Translations under genes and position numbers: made by a program
Shown: positions 46,865 to 57,600 of the stretch, piece after piece
Layout of the letters: every line of letters starts with the position of its first letter
Numbering within the stretch: position 1 is the stretch's first letter
DNA from: a virus
Virus record (IMG/VR): IMGVR_UViG_3300037423_000600
Coordinates: 1-64,000 of that record
Direction: 5' to 3' (one strand)
DNA: 64,000 bases
The notes under the pieces: model-generated
Told to the model about the DNA's origin: nothing
Databases searched by the model: none
The model's input: only the letters and a program-made list of their open reading frames with translations

Positions 46865-47684
46865 GTCTTTCGACACTTACAAACAACCATACAAAGCAAA
46901 ATACCCGTTGCCGCTTAACCTTCAATTATTTGCAGAGGAGACGGACCCTCCTCAGGACCCTCCTGCAGACCCGCCGCAGGACCCTCCGGCTCCGAACCCG
47001 GCTCCGGCCACCATTACGGTAGAGCAAGTCATCGCGTTTCTTGGAAACGCAAAAGCGGACCTCTTGTTCAAGATTCCGTCCGTTAAGTCTTTAGTGGAAC
47101 ATGCACGTTCCGAAGAGAAAGACAAGGTTTACAAGCAACTCAATGCTAAAGAGGATAAAATCAAAGACCTCGAAAAGCAACTTAAGGAAGCTCAAGACGC
47201 TCTCGATGCGAGGGCGAACGAGAATCTCGGTGAGCAAGACATCCTGCAACGTCAGGTAAAGGCTCTCCAAGACCAAGTAAAATTACTCACGGATTCAATC
47301 GAAGCGGAGCGGGCGGCGGCGGAGGCCGACAAGCGCAAGGCTACGTTTGAAGCATATAAGGAACGCAAACTCCGTGAACTGGCAGAAGCGAAAACGGAAT
47401 ACCTTCCTGACTTGCTTGGCGGCGAAACCGAAGAAGAATTTGACGCATCAGTACAAAAGGCCATTGTCCGGTATGCAGAACTGAAAGCGGCTATGCTGGC
47501 TAATCAACCTGCTCCGGCTCCTGCCAAACCACCTAAACCTAGCACACCTTCTGTGACTAACCCTCCGGGGTCCAGCACCAAGCAACTGACGGCGGCGGAA
47601 ATCCGTAATCTCCCTCCGGCGGAGTATGCAAAACATCGCGAACGCATTTTAGCGGAAGCGAGAACAGGTAATCTCGACAAATAA
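46857..47684 (+). CDS. Capsid scaffolding protein
   Basis: LPLNLQLFAE motif, Pro-rich linkers, coiled coil; directly upstream of the capsid gene. Confidence 0.8.
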   Translation: MLKSFDTYKQPYKAKYPLPLNLQLFAEETDPPQDPPADPPQDPPAPNPAPATITVEQVIAFLGNAKADLLFKIPSVKSLVEHARSEEKDKVYKQLNAKEDKIKDLEKQLKEAQDALDARANENLGEQDILQRQVKALQDQVKLLTDSIEAERAAAEADKRKATFEAYKERKLRELAEAKTEYLPDLLGGETEEEFDASVQKAIVRYAELKAAMLANQPAPAPAKPPKPSTPSVTNPPGSSTKQLTAAEIRNLPPAEYAKHRERILAEARTGNLDK

Positions 47685-47711
47685 TCTCACCGATAAAGGG
47701 AGGAATTAACG

Positions 47712-48596
47712 ATGGCTACTACAATGACATCTAACCTGACTCAGACTATCTTGGACGTATATTCCAAGGAGATTGAGTTCCATGCTCAACCCGTACTGCG
47801 TTTTGCTCAATTCGCGGTAACAAAAACGGACCTGAATGGTCAAGCGGGCCTTAAGGTCAAAATGACCATTTACAACAACCTGACAATGGGCGGTAAGCTG
47901 ACTGAGGGAACACCTATCAGCACTCAAGCCCTCAGCACAACTCAAAAGGAAATTGAGGTAACTGAATGGGGTAACGCAATCGCCGTTACTGAACTGTTAC
48001 TTCAAGCATCCTTTGACGATGTAATGGCTTCCGGTGCTAAACTGCTGGGTATCGACTACGCTAAGACTCTGGATACGGCCCTCCGCGATGTGGCTCTGAC
48101 TTGTACTCAAGTGGTTTACGCAGGTTCCCGCACCGCCCGTAACCAACTGGCGGCAGGCGACCTCATCACAGGTAAGGAAATCAAGGACGGTGTAGAAGTT
48201 CTGTCTACCAACAATGTGGGTAAGTACAACAACGACTACTACGTTACTTTCATCCACCCTCACCACGCTCGCGGTATCCGTGACGACAACGAGTTCCAAA
48301 ACGTAACGGCTTACGGCAAGCAGTACGCTGGTGAAATCGGCCGTATCCACGATGTAATCTTCATCGAGACTACACAAATGCCGATTCTGGATGGCGCGGG
48401 TGCTGGCGGAACTGTTGACGTATACCAAGCTCTGATGTTTGGCGAGAACGCCTACGGTTTGGCAATCGCCCTTCCGGTTGAAATGCGTGACGGCGGCATC
48501 GAGGACTTCGGCCGCGTACACAAGCTGGCGTGGTACTCCATCTTCGGAGTAGACATTCTCCAAGATGTGAACTTGGTTCGTATCGAAACTGCCTAA
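47712..48596 (+). CDS. Major capsid protein (N4-gp56-like, HK97 fold)
   Basis: AQPVLRFAQFA, LTEG, EWGNAI, HPH, GEIGRI..V.FIETT, DFGR...LAWY; highly biased codon use. Confidence 0.9.
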   Translation: MATTMTSNLTQTILDVYSKEIEFHAQPVLRFAQFAVTKTDLNGQAGLKVKMTIYNNLTMGGKLTEGTPISTQALSTTQKEIEVTEWGNAIAVTELLLQASFDDVMASGAKLLGIDYAKTLDTALRDVALTCTQVVYAGSRTARNQLAAGDLITGKEIKDGVEVLSTNNVGKYNNDYYVTFIHPHHARGIRDDNEFQNVTAYGKQYAGEIGRIHDVIFIETTQMPILDGAGAGGTVDVYQALMFGENAYGLAIALPVEMRDGGIEDFGRVHKLAWYSIFGVDILQDVNLVRIETA

Positions 48597-48604
48597 TATT
48601 GACT

Positions 48605-48722
48605 TCCTTTAGACCTACCTTGGACAAGCTTCTGAGGTAGGTCTACTTAAGACTCTTAAGGAGTTCCTACTTAAGAATCTAAAGGAACAAAATAAAGGGT
48701 TAAATAAAACTAAAACATTGTT
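48605..48722. repeat. Capsid-gene terminator hairpin plus cluster 3 of CTTWAG-N3-CTWAAG palindromes
   Basis: TAGACCTACCT...AGGTAGGTCTA hairpin; CTTAAGACTCTTAAG, CTTAAGAATCTAAAG; TTAAATAAAACTAAAACATTG as at 27.0 kb. Confidence 0.85.
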
Positions 48723-48785
48723 GATGGCTTGTATCCAAACTACCCATTGCCAATGTTTCATCCTTCTAACGGGGAGTGATTAACC

Positions 48786-48965
48786 ATGATGAACAAATTC
48801 AAGGAGATTGTCGATAAGGTCGCGGCTCTCGTAAATAAGAAAGGCGTAGCAGGAAACATCGCTGTAGCGGCCGGAGCTACTCCAACCAAGGCGGAGTTTG
48901 ACGCGTTGGTGGCGGACTACAACAAATTGGTTGCCGCTCTGAAATCCAAAGACGCTAACGCGTAA
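48786..48965 (+). CDS. 59-aa head-fibre/decoration-like coiled-coil peptide
   Basis: GGGGAG RBS; PTKAEFDALVADYNKLVAALK; below the ORF-track cutoff. Confidence 0.6.
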   Translation: MMNKFKEIVDKVAALVNKKGVAGNIAVAAGATPTKAEFDALVADYNKLVAALKSKDANA

Positions 48966-49001
48966 TTCGGCTTTAGGCCAAAATTCTAGGAGGTATTCCC
49001 T

Positions 49002-49316
49002 ATGTCCGAACAAGATAAAGTAAACACGGAAAACACCCAAGAGCAGACTCAAACCCCTGATGCTTCGGCTCCGGCCCCGGCTCCCGAGGCTTCAACTCCG
49101 GAAGGCGGAAAAGCTAAAGGCAAAGCAAAAGAGGCGGCTGTAGCGGCTCCTCAAGAACCTATCGTTCTGGAAGATAAGTATGTTACGGTTAAGTCCAAAA
49201 TCACAGGCCGACGTTATATTGGTGCAGGGTGGCTGTCTCTTGAAAAAGACAAGGAACTCAAGGTCACCGTGGACCAAAAGCGTTGCTTGCTGGAGGCGGG
49301 CGCAATCTACCTGTAA
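49002..49316 (+). CDS. Hypothetical virion-associated protein
   Basis: AGGAGG RBS; located in the head-neck region. Confidence 0.65.
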   Translation: MSEQDKVNTENTQEQTQTPDASAPAPAPEASTPEGGKAKGKAKEAAVAAPQEPIVLEDKYVTVKSKITGRRYIGAGWLSLEKDKELKVTVDQKRCLLEAGAIYL

Positions 49317-49330
49317 GGTGGTGAACCCCG

Positions 49331-49750
49331 ATGGCTACTCTCATTGATTTGAGAGGCCAATTAGCCGAGGACGTTCAGCCTTCCAATCCGGCGGCCAAGT
49401 TGTCTGATGGACAACTGGATAGGGCTATTAAGTACGCTTTAGCCAAGTATGATTCTTCTCTGGAGATTGAGGACTTGGATGAAGCACAGCAACTTGCGGT
49501 CCTGACCGGAGCGGCGGCCAAATGCTACTGGCTACTGGCTACGAAGTACGCCGAGGGGATGCAGGTCGAGATTGAGAACGATAAGTTCTTCAATGAGCAA
49601 CCCTTCGAGCATTATATCAAGCTGGCTAAAGAATTGGACGGGGCCTTTGCGGAATCGTGCGGTGGGGCGACGATTGAGGTATCTACCCTTCGTCGGCGGA
49701 GTTTACGGACGGGCCAAATCGTCCCATTACCTCCGGGTGAAACTCAATGA
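49331..49750 (+). CDS. Putative head-tail adaptor
   Basis: Size, helical character and synteny. Confidence 0.55.
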   Translation: MATLIDLRGQLAEDVQPSNPAAKLSDGQLDRAIKYALAKYDSSLEIEDLDEAQQLAVLTGAAAKCYWLLATKYAEGMQVEIENDKFFNEQPFEHYIKLAKELDGAFAESCGGATIEVSTLRRRSLRTGQIVPLPPGETQ

Positions 49751-50181
49751 TTCCTTTCAATAGGGTGATGATTGAAACCTCCATGGACCGAACCTACAAG
49801 GCCCTCCAATCTACGGTCGGTATTGCGAAGCTTTCCGCCTCTACGGGGCAGGGGAATCTCTACGGAGAAATCAAGTACCCGAAGTTTGACCCTCCTGTAG
49901 AGTTCAATGCCCATACAACCCTTAACCCTTCGGAGGAAAAGCTGTCCGAACTCGGATGGCAGAAAGATGATGTGGAACTGGTTATCCGGGTGCCGCACAT
50001 TATTCTTCGAGGCGTGGGGCTGGCGGAGGAAACCGGGGAACTGAACTTCAATTCAGACGCTCGGGTGGTGGTCGGCGGGCGGTCATATGAGATATGCAAG
50101 ATTCATATGAAGGAGCCCTTCCTGCTAAACATCCCGGCTTTAGTTTGGATAGGAGGGAGGAATCCCAATGGTCATGCTTAA
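49747..50181 (+). CDS. Putative head-closure protein
   Basis: Size and synteny; beta-rich. Confidence 0.55.
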   Translation: MIPFNRVMIETSMDRTYKALQSTVGIAKLSASTGQGNLYGEIKYPKFDPPVEFNAHTTLNPSEEKLSELGWQKDDVELVIRVPHIILRGVGLAEETGELNFNSDARVVVGGRSYEICKIHMKEPFLLNIPALVWIGGRNPNGHA

Positions 50182-50680
50182 GAATTGGAACACGGCAGGT
50201 CATCTTTTGGAGGCTACGGCCGAGAGGTTTAATAAGCGGGTAGATGCGGTACTGATGAAGAACGCCAAGCTGTACAAGGAGGCCATCCTCCAACTGATTG
50301 AACAAGGGGACCCTTCGTGGGAACCCAAGAGTGACCGTCAGGAATATGAGTCCGGTACCGATAAGCTGTTTATCGGGGCAACGGGAACGTTCTACTCCAA
50401 TTTGGACCATAAAGGTATCCGCCGGGTACGGGCTGGGGCCGGGGAGAAACGGATATATGTCGGAGCCCGATATGATATCCGCCACGACCCTTCCAATATG
50501 AGTATGGAGCGGATAGCTGAAATCCTTCAAAACACCCCTTATGGTGGTGCCCGTGACCTGTTTGGCCCGGCATGGGAGAGGGTAAAAGGTCAGGTAGCGG
50601 CCAATCTTGCGAAAATGAACGTGGGCTTAAATGATACAGACGGAAGGGGCGGCGGAGACGATGGCGATATGGATTCCTGA
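50168..50680 (+). CDS. Putative neck / tail-completion protein
   Basis: Synteny; ARDLFGPAW resembles the P.RP motif region of neck proteins. Confidence 0.5.
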   Translation: MVMLKNWNTAGHLLEATAERFNKRVDAVLMKNAKLYKEAILQLIEQGDPSWEPKSDRQEYESGTDKLFIGATGTFYSNLDHKGIRRVRAGAGEKRIYVGARYDIRHDPSNMSMERIAEILQNTPYGGARDLFGPAWERVKGQVAANLAKMNVGLNDTDGRGGGDDGDMDS

Positions 50681-51257
50681 GTTTGAGGCATACCTGCAAA
50701 ACCGTCTTTCAACCATTACCTTACCGGATGAAAATGGTGCCCAAGTACCGATTTCGGCTTCCTACCGGATGTCGGGGACAAAGACAGGAAGTGCGGATGC
50801 CGACTCGAAGCGGCCCGGTATCATCTACCACAACTACGATGGACTTCATGATGTGAGCCGGGAAACTTCTGCGGTGATGCTAAAGGCAAGCTGGACGGCG
50901 ACGGATGTAGACATTAAGGATGCGCCTATCCCTTGGAACCTATACTACGAGTTCAACCTTCTGGCTGACTTTAGGATAGACCTTATTCCGATGGAGGTTC
51001 AATTCCTTAAGTTGTTTCCGCCCCGAGGGGCCATTCAAGTAATTGACCCCGAGGACAACTCCCTCAATGCCTACGATTTCTTCCTTGTTCAGGTACTCCC
51101 CGGGGACAGTTATCTGGCCCTTAACAACGGCGGGGCAGTTCAAAAACGGATTTTTCGCAAGACATACCGATACGTGATACGCACGGAGACGGACTTCGCT
51201 ACAGCACAGACCTTCAAACGAGTCCTCGACATTCAAATCTCCGGCGACCAAATATAG
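50661..51257 (+). CDS. Putative tail terminator
   Basis: Synteny, two genes upstream of the sheath. Confidence 0.5.
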   Translation: MAIWIPEFEAYLQNRLSTITLPDENGAQVPISASYRMSGTKTGSADADSKRPGIIYHNYDGLHDVSRETSAVMLKASWTATDVDIKDAPIPWNLYYEFNLLADFRIDLIPMEVQFLKLFPPRGAIQVIDPEDNSLNAYDFFLVQVLPGDSYLALNNGGAVQKRIFRKTYRYVIRTETDFATAQTFKRVLDIQISGDQI

Positions 51258-51269
51258 GGAGGGCTTCTA

Positions 51270-51590
51270 ATGATGCTGTTCTTTTACAATAGGTGCATTA
51301 ACCAGCCTATCGAACTTGACTTTGGGCCGGAGAGTGTTCGTATTGAGCCCCTTCAATCCAAGATAGTGCCCGGGCATCCTGCGATGCTGGAGCACCCATC
51401 TGTGGTGGCTCACGTGAATGCAGGCAACTTGATTGCAAGTATTTACGAGTCTCCTACGGCCCCAAGTGTCGAGCCGGGAGTTATTGACGAGCCCGAAGCG
51501 GTAGTGACTGAGGCGGTTACCGAACCTGCGGCGGCCCCTTTAGAACAACCTGCTCCGGAGATTAAGGTTAAGGCTTCCCGGCGGAGATAA
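51270..51590 (+). CDS. Hypothetical protein
   Basis: GGGAGGG RBS. Confidence 0.6.
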   Translation: MMLFFYNRCINQPIELDFGPESVRIEPLQSKIVPGHPAMLEHPSVVAHVNAGNLIASIYESPTAPSVEPGVIDEPEAVVTEAVTEPAAAPLEQPAPEIKVKASRRR

Positions 51591-51616
51591 TTTTATTCTG
51601 ATAAGGAGGGATTCAA

Positions 51617-53107
51617 ATGGCTGATTACTTACGCCCTGATGTTTTCGTAGAGGAGAAGAACTCCGGCCCCCGCCCGATTCAAGGGGTAGGAACCTCTACT
51701 GCGGCTTTTGTCGCACTTTCCCCTCGTGGAAAAATCGGCGTACCTCAACTGGTTACGTCTTGGACTGATTACGTAAATGCGGTTTCCTACGGTTTGGATA
51801 CGCCTTTCTTGGCGAACTCCTACGGAGCGTATGCCGTTTACGGCTTCTTCAATAACGGCGGTACCCGCGCCTATATTGTCCGTCCCGGCGACGGCTCCCA
51901 AGTTAAAGCCCAGTACACCTACACGGACGGCCAAGCAACTCCGGCGGACATCGTGAAGGTGGAAGCCTTGGATGAAGGCATATGGGGTAATAAGCTGTCC
52001 TCGCGTTTTGTAAATGGTCTAGCGGCTGGCAACTACGATTTTATCGTAAAGTTTGACGGTACGACTGTGGCAACGTACAAGGAAGTGTCCTTTGATGCTA
52101 CGCAGGATAACTTCATCGAGACGGCTGTTAATGGAACGGATAAGTTCGTATCCATTGACGTTCTGGGCTCCACCACTCCAACGCTTGTTGCGGGGGACAT
52201 CGGGGTGGATAAGAACCTCTCCGGCGGTGCGGACGGTTCCTCCGGCATTGATTCTGACGACCTTCTGGGTACTTCGGGCCTTGCGGCTTTAGATACAGTG
52301 GACAACATCAACATTGTTGTTATCCCTGAATCCCAAGCGGCCGCTACCATCACCGGAGCTTATGCTTGGTGTGAGAAGCGTAAGGATGCCTTCTTCGTCT
52401 GTGACGGAGCCCTTACCGATACAGTGGCTTCTATCCAAACGCTTCGTGCTTCCCTTGGTTCCAAGGATGCGTCTCTGTACTACCCTTGGATTGAAGTATC
52501 TGACCCTATCGGCAAAGGTACGGCTAAAACCAAGTTCGTTCCGGTGGCAGGTCACGTAGCTGGCGTTTACGCCCGCACGGACGGAACTCGCGGTGTTTAC
52601 AAGGCTCCGGCGGGTATCGACGCAACGGTACGCGGAGCTCTTAGCACGAAGGTTACTGTTCAGGATGGGGAACGGGACGTATTGAACCCTAAAGGTATCA
52701 ACGTCATCCGTGTACTCTCCGGTGCAGGTATCGTCGTGTGGGGCGCACGTACTCTGGGTGCAGACCCGAAAGACCGCTACGTCAACGTTCGCCGGGGCCT
52801 GAAGAAAATCATCAAGTCCTTGGCGGAAGGCTCTCAATGGGCGGTGTTCGAGCCAAACAATACCGACACATGGCGGCAAATGCGGGTTCAAGCGAACTCC
52901 TTCCTTTTAGGCGAGTTTAAGGTAGGTGCCTTCAAAGGCGATACCCCGGCACAAGCCTTCTTCGTGAAGTGTGACGCCGAACTCAATACGCAGGAAGAAG
53001 TCGATGCTGGCCGCATCAATGAGGAAGTCGGCGTGGCTTTCAACAAGCCGGGCGAGTTCATCATCATTCGTATCGGCCAATGGGACGGCGGAGTGAGCGT
53101 AAGCTAG
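51617..53107 (+). CDS. Contractile tail sheath protein
   Basis: YLRPDVFVEE, GFFNNGG, YYPW, GVYKAPAG, LNPKGINVIR, VWGART, YVNVRR, WAVFEPN, KPGEFI. Confidence 0.95.
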   Translation: MADYLRPDVFVEEKNSGPRPIQGVGTSTAAFVALSPRGKIGVPQLVTSWTDYVNAVSYGLDTPFLANSYGAYAVYGFFNNGGTRAYIVRPGDGSQVKAQYTYTDGQATPADIVKVEALDEGIWGNKLSSRFVNGLAAGNYDFIVKFDGTTVATYKEVSFDATQDNFIETAVNGTDKFVSIDVLGSTTPTLVAGDIGVDKNLSGGADGSSGIDSDDLLGTSGLAALDTVDNINIVVIPESQAAATITGAYAWCEKRKDAFFVCDGALTDTVASIQTLRASLGSKDASLYYPWIEVSDPIGKGTAKTKFVPVAGHVAGVYARTDGTRGVYKAPAGIDATVRGALSTKVTVQDGERDVLNPKGINVIRVLSGAGIVVWGARTLGADPKDRYVNVRRGLKKIIKSLAEGSQWAVFEPNNTDTWRQMRVQANSFLLGEFKVGAFKGDTPAQAFFVKCDAELNTQEEVDAGRINEEVGVAFNKPGEFIIIRIGQWDGGVSVS

Positions 53108-53164
53108 TCTTACGCTTCTTCCTCTCTTCTTTCTTATTAACTCTACTCTAAGGAGGTATTCACT

Positions 53165-53605
53165 ATGGGCCGTTCTCAAGTTAAAGACCCGTTGCAACAG
53201 TTCCGCTTTAAGGTGGAGGTTCCCGGTCTGGACGCGGCTATTGGCTTCACTGAAGTCGATGGTCTGGACTCCGAAATCGAGGTAACCGAGTACCGCGAAG
53301 GCGGATTCAAGGCTACCCGTAAACTGCCGGGCATCGAGAAAACAGGTGTGGTTACTCTTAAGCGCGGAGCGTTCAAGAATAACGAGACTTACCTGTTGTT
53401 CCGTCAGTCCTTGGATAATGTGGACTTCCGTAAGACGGTCACCGTTATCGAGCAGGACCGTATGGGCAATAACGTTCGCCAATGGACGCTGGAAGAGACT
53501 TGGGCATCCAAGTTCACAGGCCCTTCCCTCAATGCCACTTCTTCGGAAGTCAGCATCGAGTCCATCGAACTGCAAACCGAAGAAATCAACGTCGCAACGG
53601 TTTAA
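53165..53605 (+). CDS. Tail tube protein (T4 gp19-like)
   Basis: DPL..FRFKVE, GFTEVDGL, EYREGG, KLPG, VTLKRG, W..KF.GP.LNA. Confidence 0.92.
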   Translation: MGRSQVKDPLQQFRFKVEVPGLDAAIGFTEVDGLDSEIEVTEYREGGFKATRKLPGIEKTGVVTLKRGAFKNNETYLLFRQSLDNVDFRKTVTVIEQDRMGNNVRQWTLEETWASKFTGPSLNATSSEVSIESIELQTEEINVATV

Positions 53606-53680
53606 TGAAATGGGGTGGGCTCCGCCCGCCCTATTCCTACTTATTCACATTGAAAACATCCACTTTAGGAGGACACGACT

Positions 53681-54478
53681 ATGGCACAGGAAAAGAATCG
53701 GGAATATGAACTTACGGCAGAAGGCAACATCATCTTTACGCTGGAACACGGCGTTGAGTACAATGGGGAAACCCACACGGAAGTAGAAATGCGTGAAATC
53801 CTCGGCGTGGACGAGGAAGCGATTGCTAAACCGGAGGTCAAAAACAACATTGGCCGCCTAATTTCCACCCTTTTATCCGGCACGACCCTTCGTATCGGAA
53901 CCTTAACACCTAAGAGTTTCAAGAAGCCCTCGGAGTGGTTTAACCTGATTCATAAACTCCCGCTGGGCGACCGCGATACCATGATGCTGATGCTCCGCAT
54001 TGTCACTAAAGGAAACGCGGAACTTAAAATCGAAACTAAGTGTCCGAACGATGACTGCAAATGTGACATCGAACACATGGTAGACCTCGACACGGACATT
54101 GAGTATAAACCTTTGGAAGTGGACCCGGACGGATTCTCCGTTGAACTTCCGAAGCCGCATAAGGACGAGAAGAACGAAACCATGGTGAAAGAAGCCTTCC
54201 TGCGGCTCCCTAACGGCGATGACCAAGAAACATTGGACACGATTGGCCGTAAAAATGCCGGGCAAGCGAATACGCAACTGTTGGTTCGCTGTTTGAAGAA
54301 ATTCGGGGATATGACGATCAATCCGGCTTTAGCCCGGTCGATGTCTACCACGAACCGAGAGTTCCTGATTCGTCAGCTTTCGGAAAAACAATTTGGCCCT
54401 AAAATGGTTCTGGATATTGAGTGCCCTTCCTGCGGTACAGAAATTAAGCATGGGGTACACCCTGTAAATTTTCTGTAA
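53681..54478 (+). CDS. Tail assembly chaperone / baseplate-hub assembly protein
   Basis: Between tube and tape measure; two Cys pairs (CPNDDC, CPSC); ends at a slippery site. Confidence 0.7.
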   Translation: MAQEKNREYELTAEGNIIFTLEHGVEYNGETHTEVEMREILGVDEEAIAKPEVKNNIGRLISTLLSGTTLRIGTLTPKSFKKPSEWFNLIHKLPLGDRDTMMLMLRIVTKGNAELKIETKCPNDDCKCDIEHMVDLDTDIEYKPLEVDPDGFSVELPKPHKDEKNETMVKEAFLRLPNGDDQETLDTIGRKNAGQANTQLLVRCLKKFGDMTINPALARSMSTTNREFLIRQLSEKQFGPKMVLDIECPSCGTEIKHGVHPVNFL

Positions 54479-54678
54479 GTGAGTTCATTGGCCGGGAGTT
54501 CGAGGTAGAAATAGACCTCGACCTCACCTTTGACGAGTATCATCTTATCGCCCGGTACTATCATTGGTCCCGGGCGGAAATCAAAGGATTAGCGGTCAGT
54601 GAGCGGAGGAAGTGGGTAGACAAAATCATTGAACACGAAAAGGCCATTAACGGCACAGCCGATGAAACCCCTCAGTAG
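54466..54678 (+). CDS. -1 frameshift extension of the tail assembly chaperone
   Basis: A AAT TTT heptamer at 54466-54472 just before the stop; the -1 frame has no ATG and reads ...EYHLIARYYHWSRAEIKGL...ERE KW... to TAG 54678. Confidence 0.75.
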   Translation, partial: KFSVSEFIGREFEVEIDLDLTFDEYHLIARYYHWSRAEIKGLAVSERRKWVDKIIEHEKAINGTADETPQ

Positions 54679-54689
54679 AAAGTGGGTGA

Positions 54690-57600
54690 ATGGTCATGTT
54701 TGGTTCAATAATTCACGTAGGCATTAACTTCATTACGCAAAATCTTGGGAAGGCTCTCTCTGGACTGAATCAGTTGGCGGGGGCCTTTCAACAAGCCCAC
54801 CAACAGGCACAAATCTTTGCCAATGGTGTGAATACCGTTGTTAACCAAACCAATAACGGAATGAGCCGCTTAAGGAAAGCGTTACAGCATAATTGGGCGA
54901 ATGAATACCGTAGTCTTGTGAATGGCTTGAATATGTCGCACGAGGACGCTTTAGAGTCCATTACCAAGAAGTACGATAACCAATGGCGGGAGATTGCGAA
55001 CAAGTACCAATCTCTCGTTATGGGTTCCGTCGCTCTTTCGATGTCCGGTATTGGCTTGAAAAACGTGGGGCTTGGCCTCGGCGGGTTCCTAAAGGAATCG
55101 GTGGACCAAGCGACTCAATACGAACTGGTGATGAAGCAAATCAGTTGGTACGGTAAAGAAACGGTAAAGACGGACCAAGATAGACTCAAGTTAAACAGGG
55201 AAATCTTCCAACTCGGCCGGGACTTGCCTGTAACAACCTCGGAAGTCGCTACTTCCATGCTTACCGCCATGAAAACCGGGTACTCGGACCTGAACGATGC
55301 TATCGCGATGGGTAAAGAGGCGTCCAAGATTCAATTTATGTCGATGGGTAAGCTGAAAGGCGAGGACTCTCTCAAATTCGTAAACTTGGCGCGGCAGTTG
55401 ATGGGGGTAGACGCTCAGAAAGCTTCCTCGGTAACGGATGCTATCCTTAAGACGGCGGACGTATCCGCGCTGGACCCGGAAGGACTCTTTAGGGCGATGA
55501 TGTCCTCCCGTTCGGCTAAAGAGAACTTGAAGCTGGATAATGCGTCTTTCTTCGCCCTTCTCGGCGGCATGGGTAACGTGCTGAATGAACGGGGCGCAGG
55601 TGAAGCGTTGAACGTATTCTCCCGAGGCCAGCTTCAAGCATTCGGTTCTAAGCCGGACTCGAAGCGGGGAAAGCTCTGGAATATGCTCGGCATTGACCTT
55701 GAAAAAGAAGGCGACGATATGTTGGCCGTCATTGACAAGGTAGTGAACCGAAGCCACGAACTGTGGGGCGACACTTTCACCCGGCGGGAAAAATTGATGG
55801 ATATCTTCGGTAACGATGCCTTGACTCTTCTCTCCGCCTACGAGGTTAACAAACGGAACTCCGGGATGACGCTTACGGAAATGAGAAATCAGATTCAGGC
55901 GGCTACCGGAACTAAAGATGCTCGGGGTAAATCTTACTCGGATAATGCTGTGGACACGTTCACCAATTCGATGTACGGTTTGCAGGAACAGCTTAAGGGT
56001 GTGCGGGAGCAGTTCTACATCCTCTTCGGCTTGGCTATTGGTCCGGGCTTCAATCTAATTGTGAAGCAACTCACCAATATGCTCTCCGGCATCAATCGGT
56101 TCTTGGAGGACCACCCGAAAATCGCTAGGTATACGGGCTACATTCTCGGTATGGCGGCGGCCTTTACGGTGGCGGCTGGGTCCCTGCTTCTGTTCGCGGG
56201 CTTGATTGTAGGTACGTACTCCTCCATCATGGCCTTTACGACGAACATGATTCGGAATACCCGGGTAGCAGAACTTCTCGGAATGCAGATGTCCACGACC
56301 GGAGACTTAATCAACAATAAATTTATCAATCCGGCGAAGAAGGCTCTTATGTTCATGGGTCGGATGGCTTTAGCATCAGGGCTTCTCTATCTGGCTTGGA
56401 GATACGACTTCCTTGGCCTTCGGACCTATACGGAATCTTTCACGACTCGTTTCCAAATCGCCATGAAGCGGGTAGACGAAACCATGAACCTGTTCCGTAA
56501 CGGCTCGGTAAAGGACTTCGTTAGTTCTTTCCAAGACCTCGGAAATCGAGGATTCTGGGGCGGTCTTACCCGAGGTATTGTCTCCTTCATGGCCTTAATG
56601 GACGGCGTGTTCCAAGCGTGGTCGGGGAATACCATTTCCAAGGATATGTATGACAAGCTTAAGGGTGCAGGGCTCCTTAAGGCTCTGGAACTTATTCTCG
56701 ACGTAAAACAGGCCGTAACCGACCTTTGGACAGGCTTTGTAGCCGGGGTATCCGAAGGGGCTAAAATCCTTTGGCCTATTCTTAAGCCTCTGTGGGAATT
56801 TGCGAAGTGGGCTTATGAAAAAGTCACGGGAATCCTCGAACACTTCGGTCTTATGAAGAATGTTCAGTCTGGACTTACGTCCGATTGGCAAAAGATGGGC
56901 GGTTCTATCGGCTTAATCGTAGGCGGTCTTATCGCCTTGAAAATCGGCGTTAAGGCATGGTCGGTGGCTTTAGGAACTCCGCTCAAGGCCATGTGGAATA
57001 TCTACAAGGTCATGCGCCTGCTTATCTCCGGAGGGAAGAACTTCGGGAATTGGTTTAAGGGCGGTGGCCCCGGCCGGATGGCGGGCGGCGGGTCGGCTAG
57101 GGCGGCAAATGGAGCCTTTAACGGTCTGATGCGGATTGGTGGTTGGGTATTTGGAACCAAGCAAACCCGGTTAGCCGCAAATGCCTTAAATAATCTTCGG
57201 AATAAGAATCGGACGTTTATTCCTCAACCGAACCAACTCAATCTACCCGGCCCAACGAACCGGAATGCGGCACAGAACCGTATGGCGTGGCTTGCCGATA
57301 AATTCGGCGGCGGGGAAATGATTCAGCGAAATGGCCGTGCTAACTCGGTTCGTAGTCGAGGCTTCCTTGGTAGACTTACCGATACGCTCCTTGGTCGGAG
57401 GCTTATGGTAGAACGTGCGGCGAATGGCACTTTAGGGGTTCGTGGCCGGGATGCTCAAGGCAGAGGCACTTACCGCTTTCTGACTCAGGCGGAGAAGCAA
57501 GAGTTCCAACAACGGGGTGCGCTTCGTCGGGGTGGATTGTTCCGGAATATCGGGAACTTCTGGGAAGGCTGGGTGAAGCATTCGAGTAAACAGGGTATCG

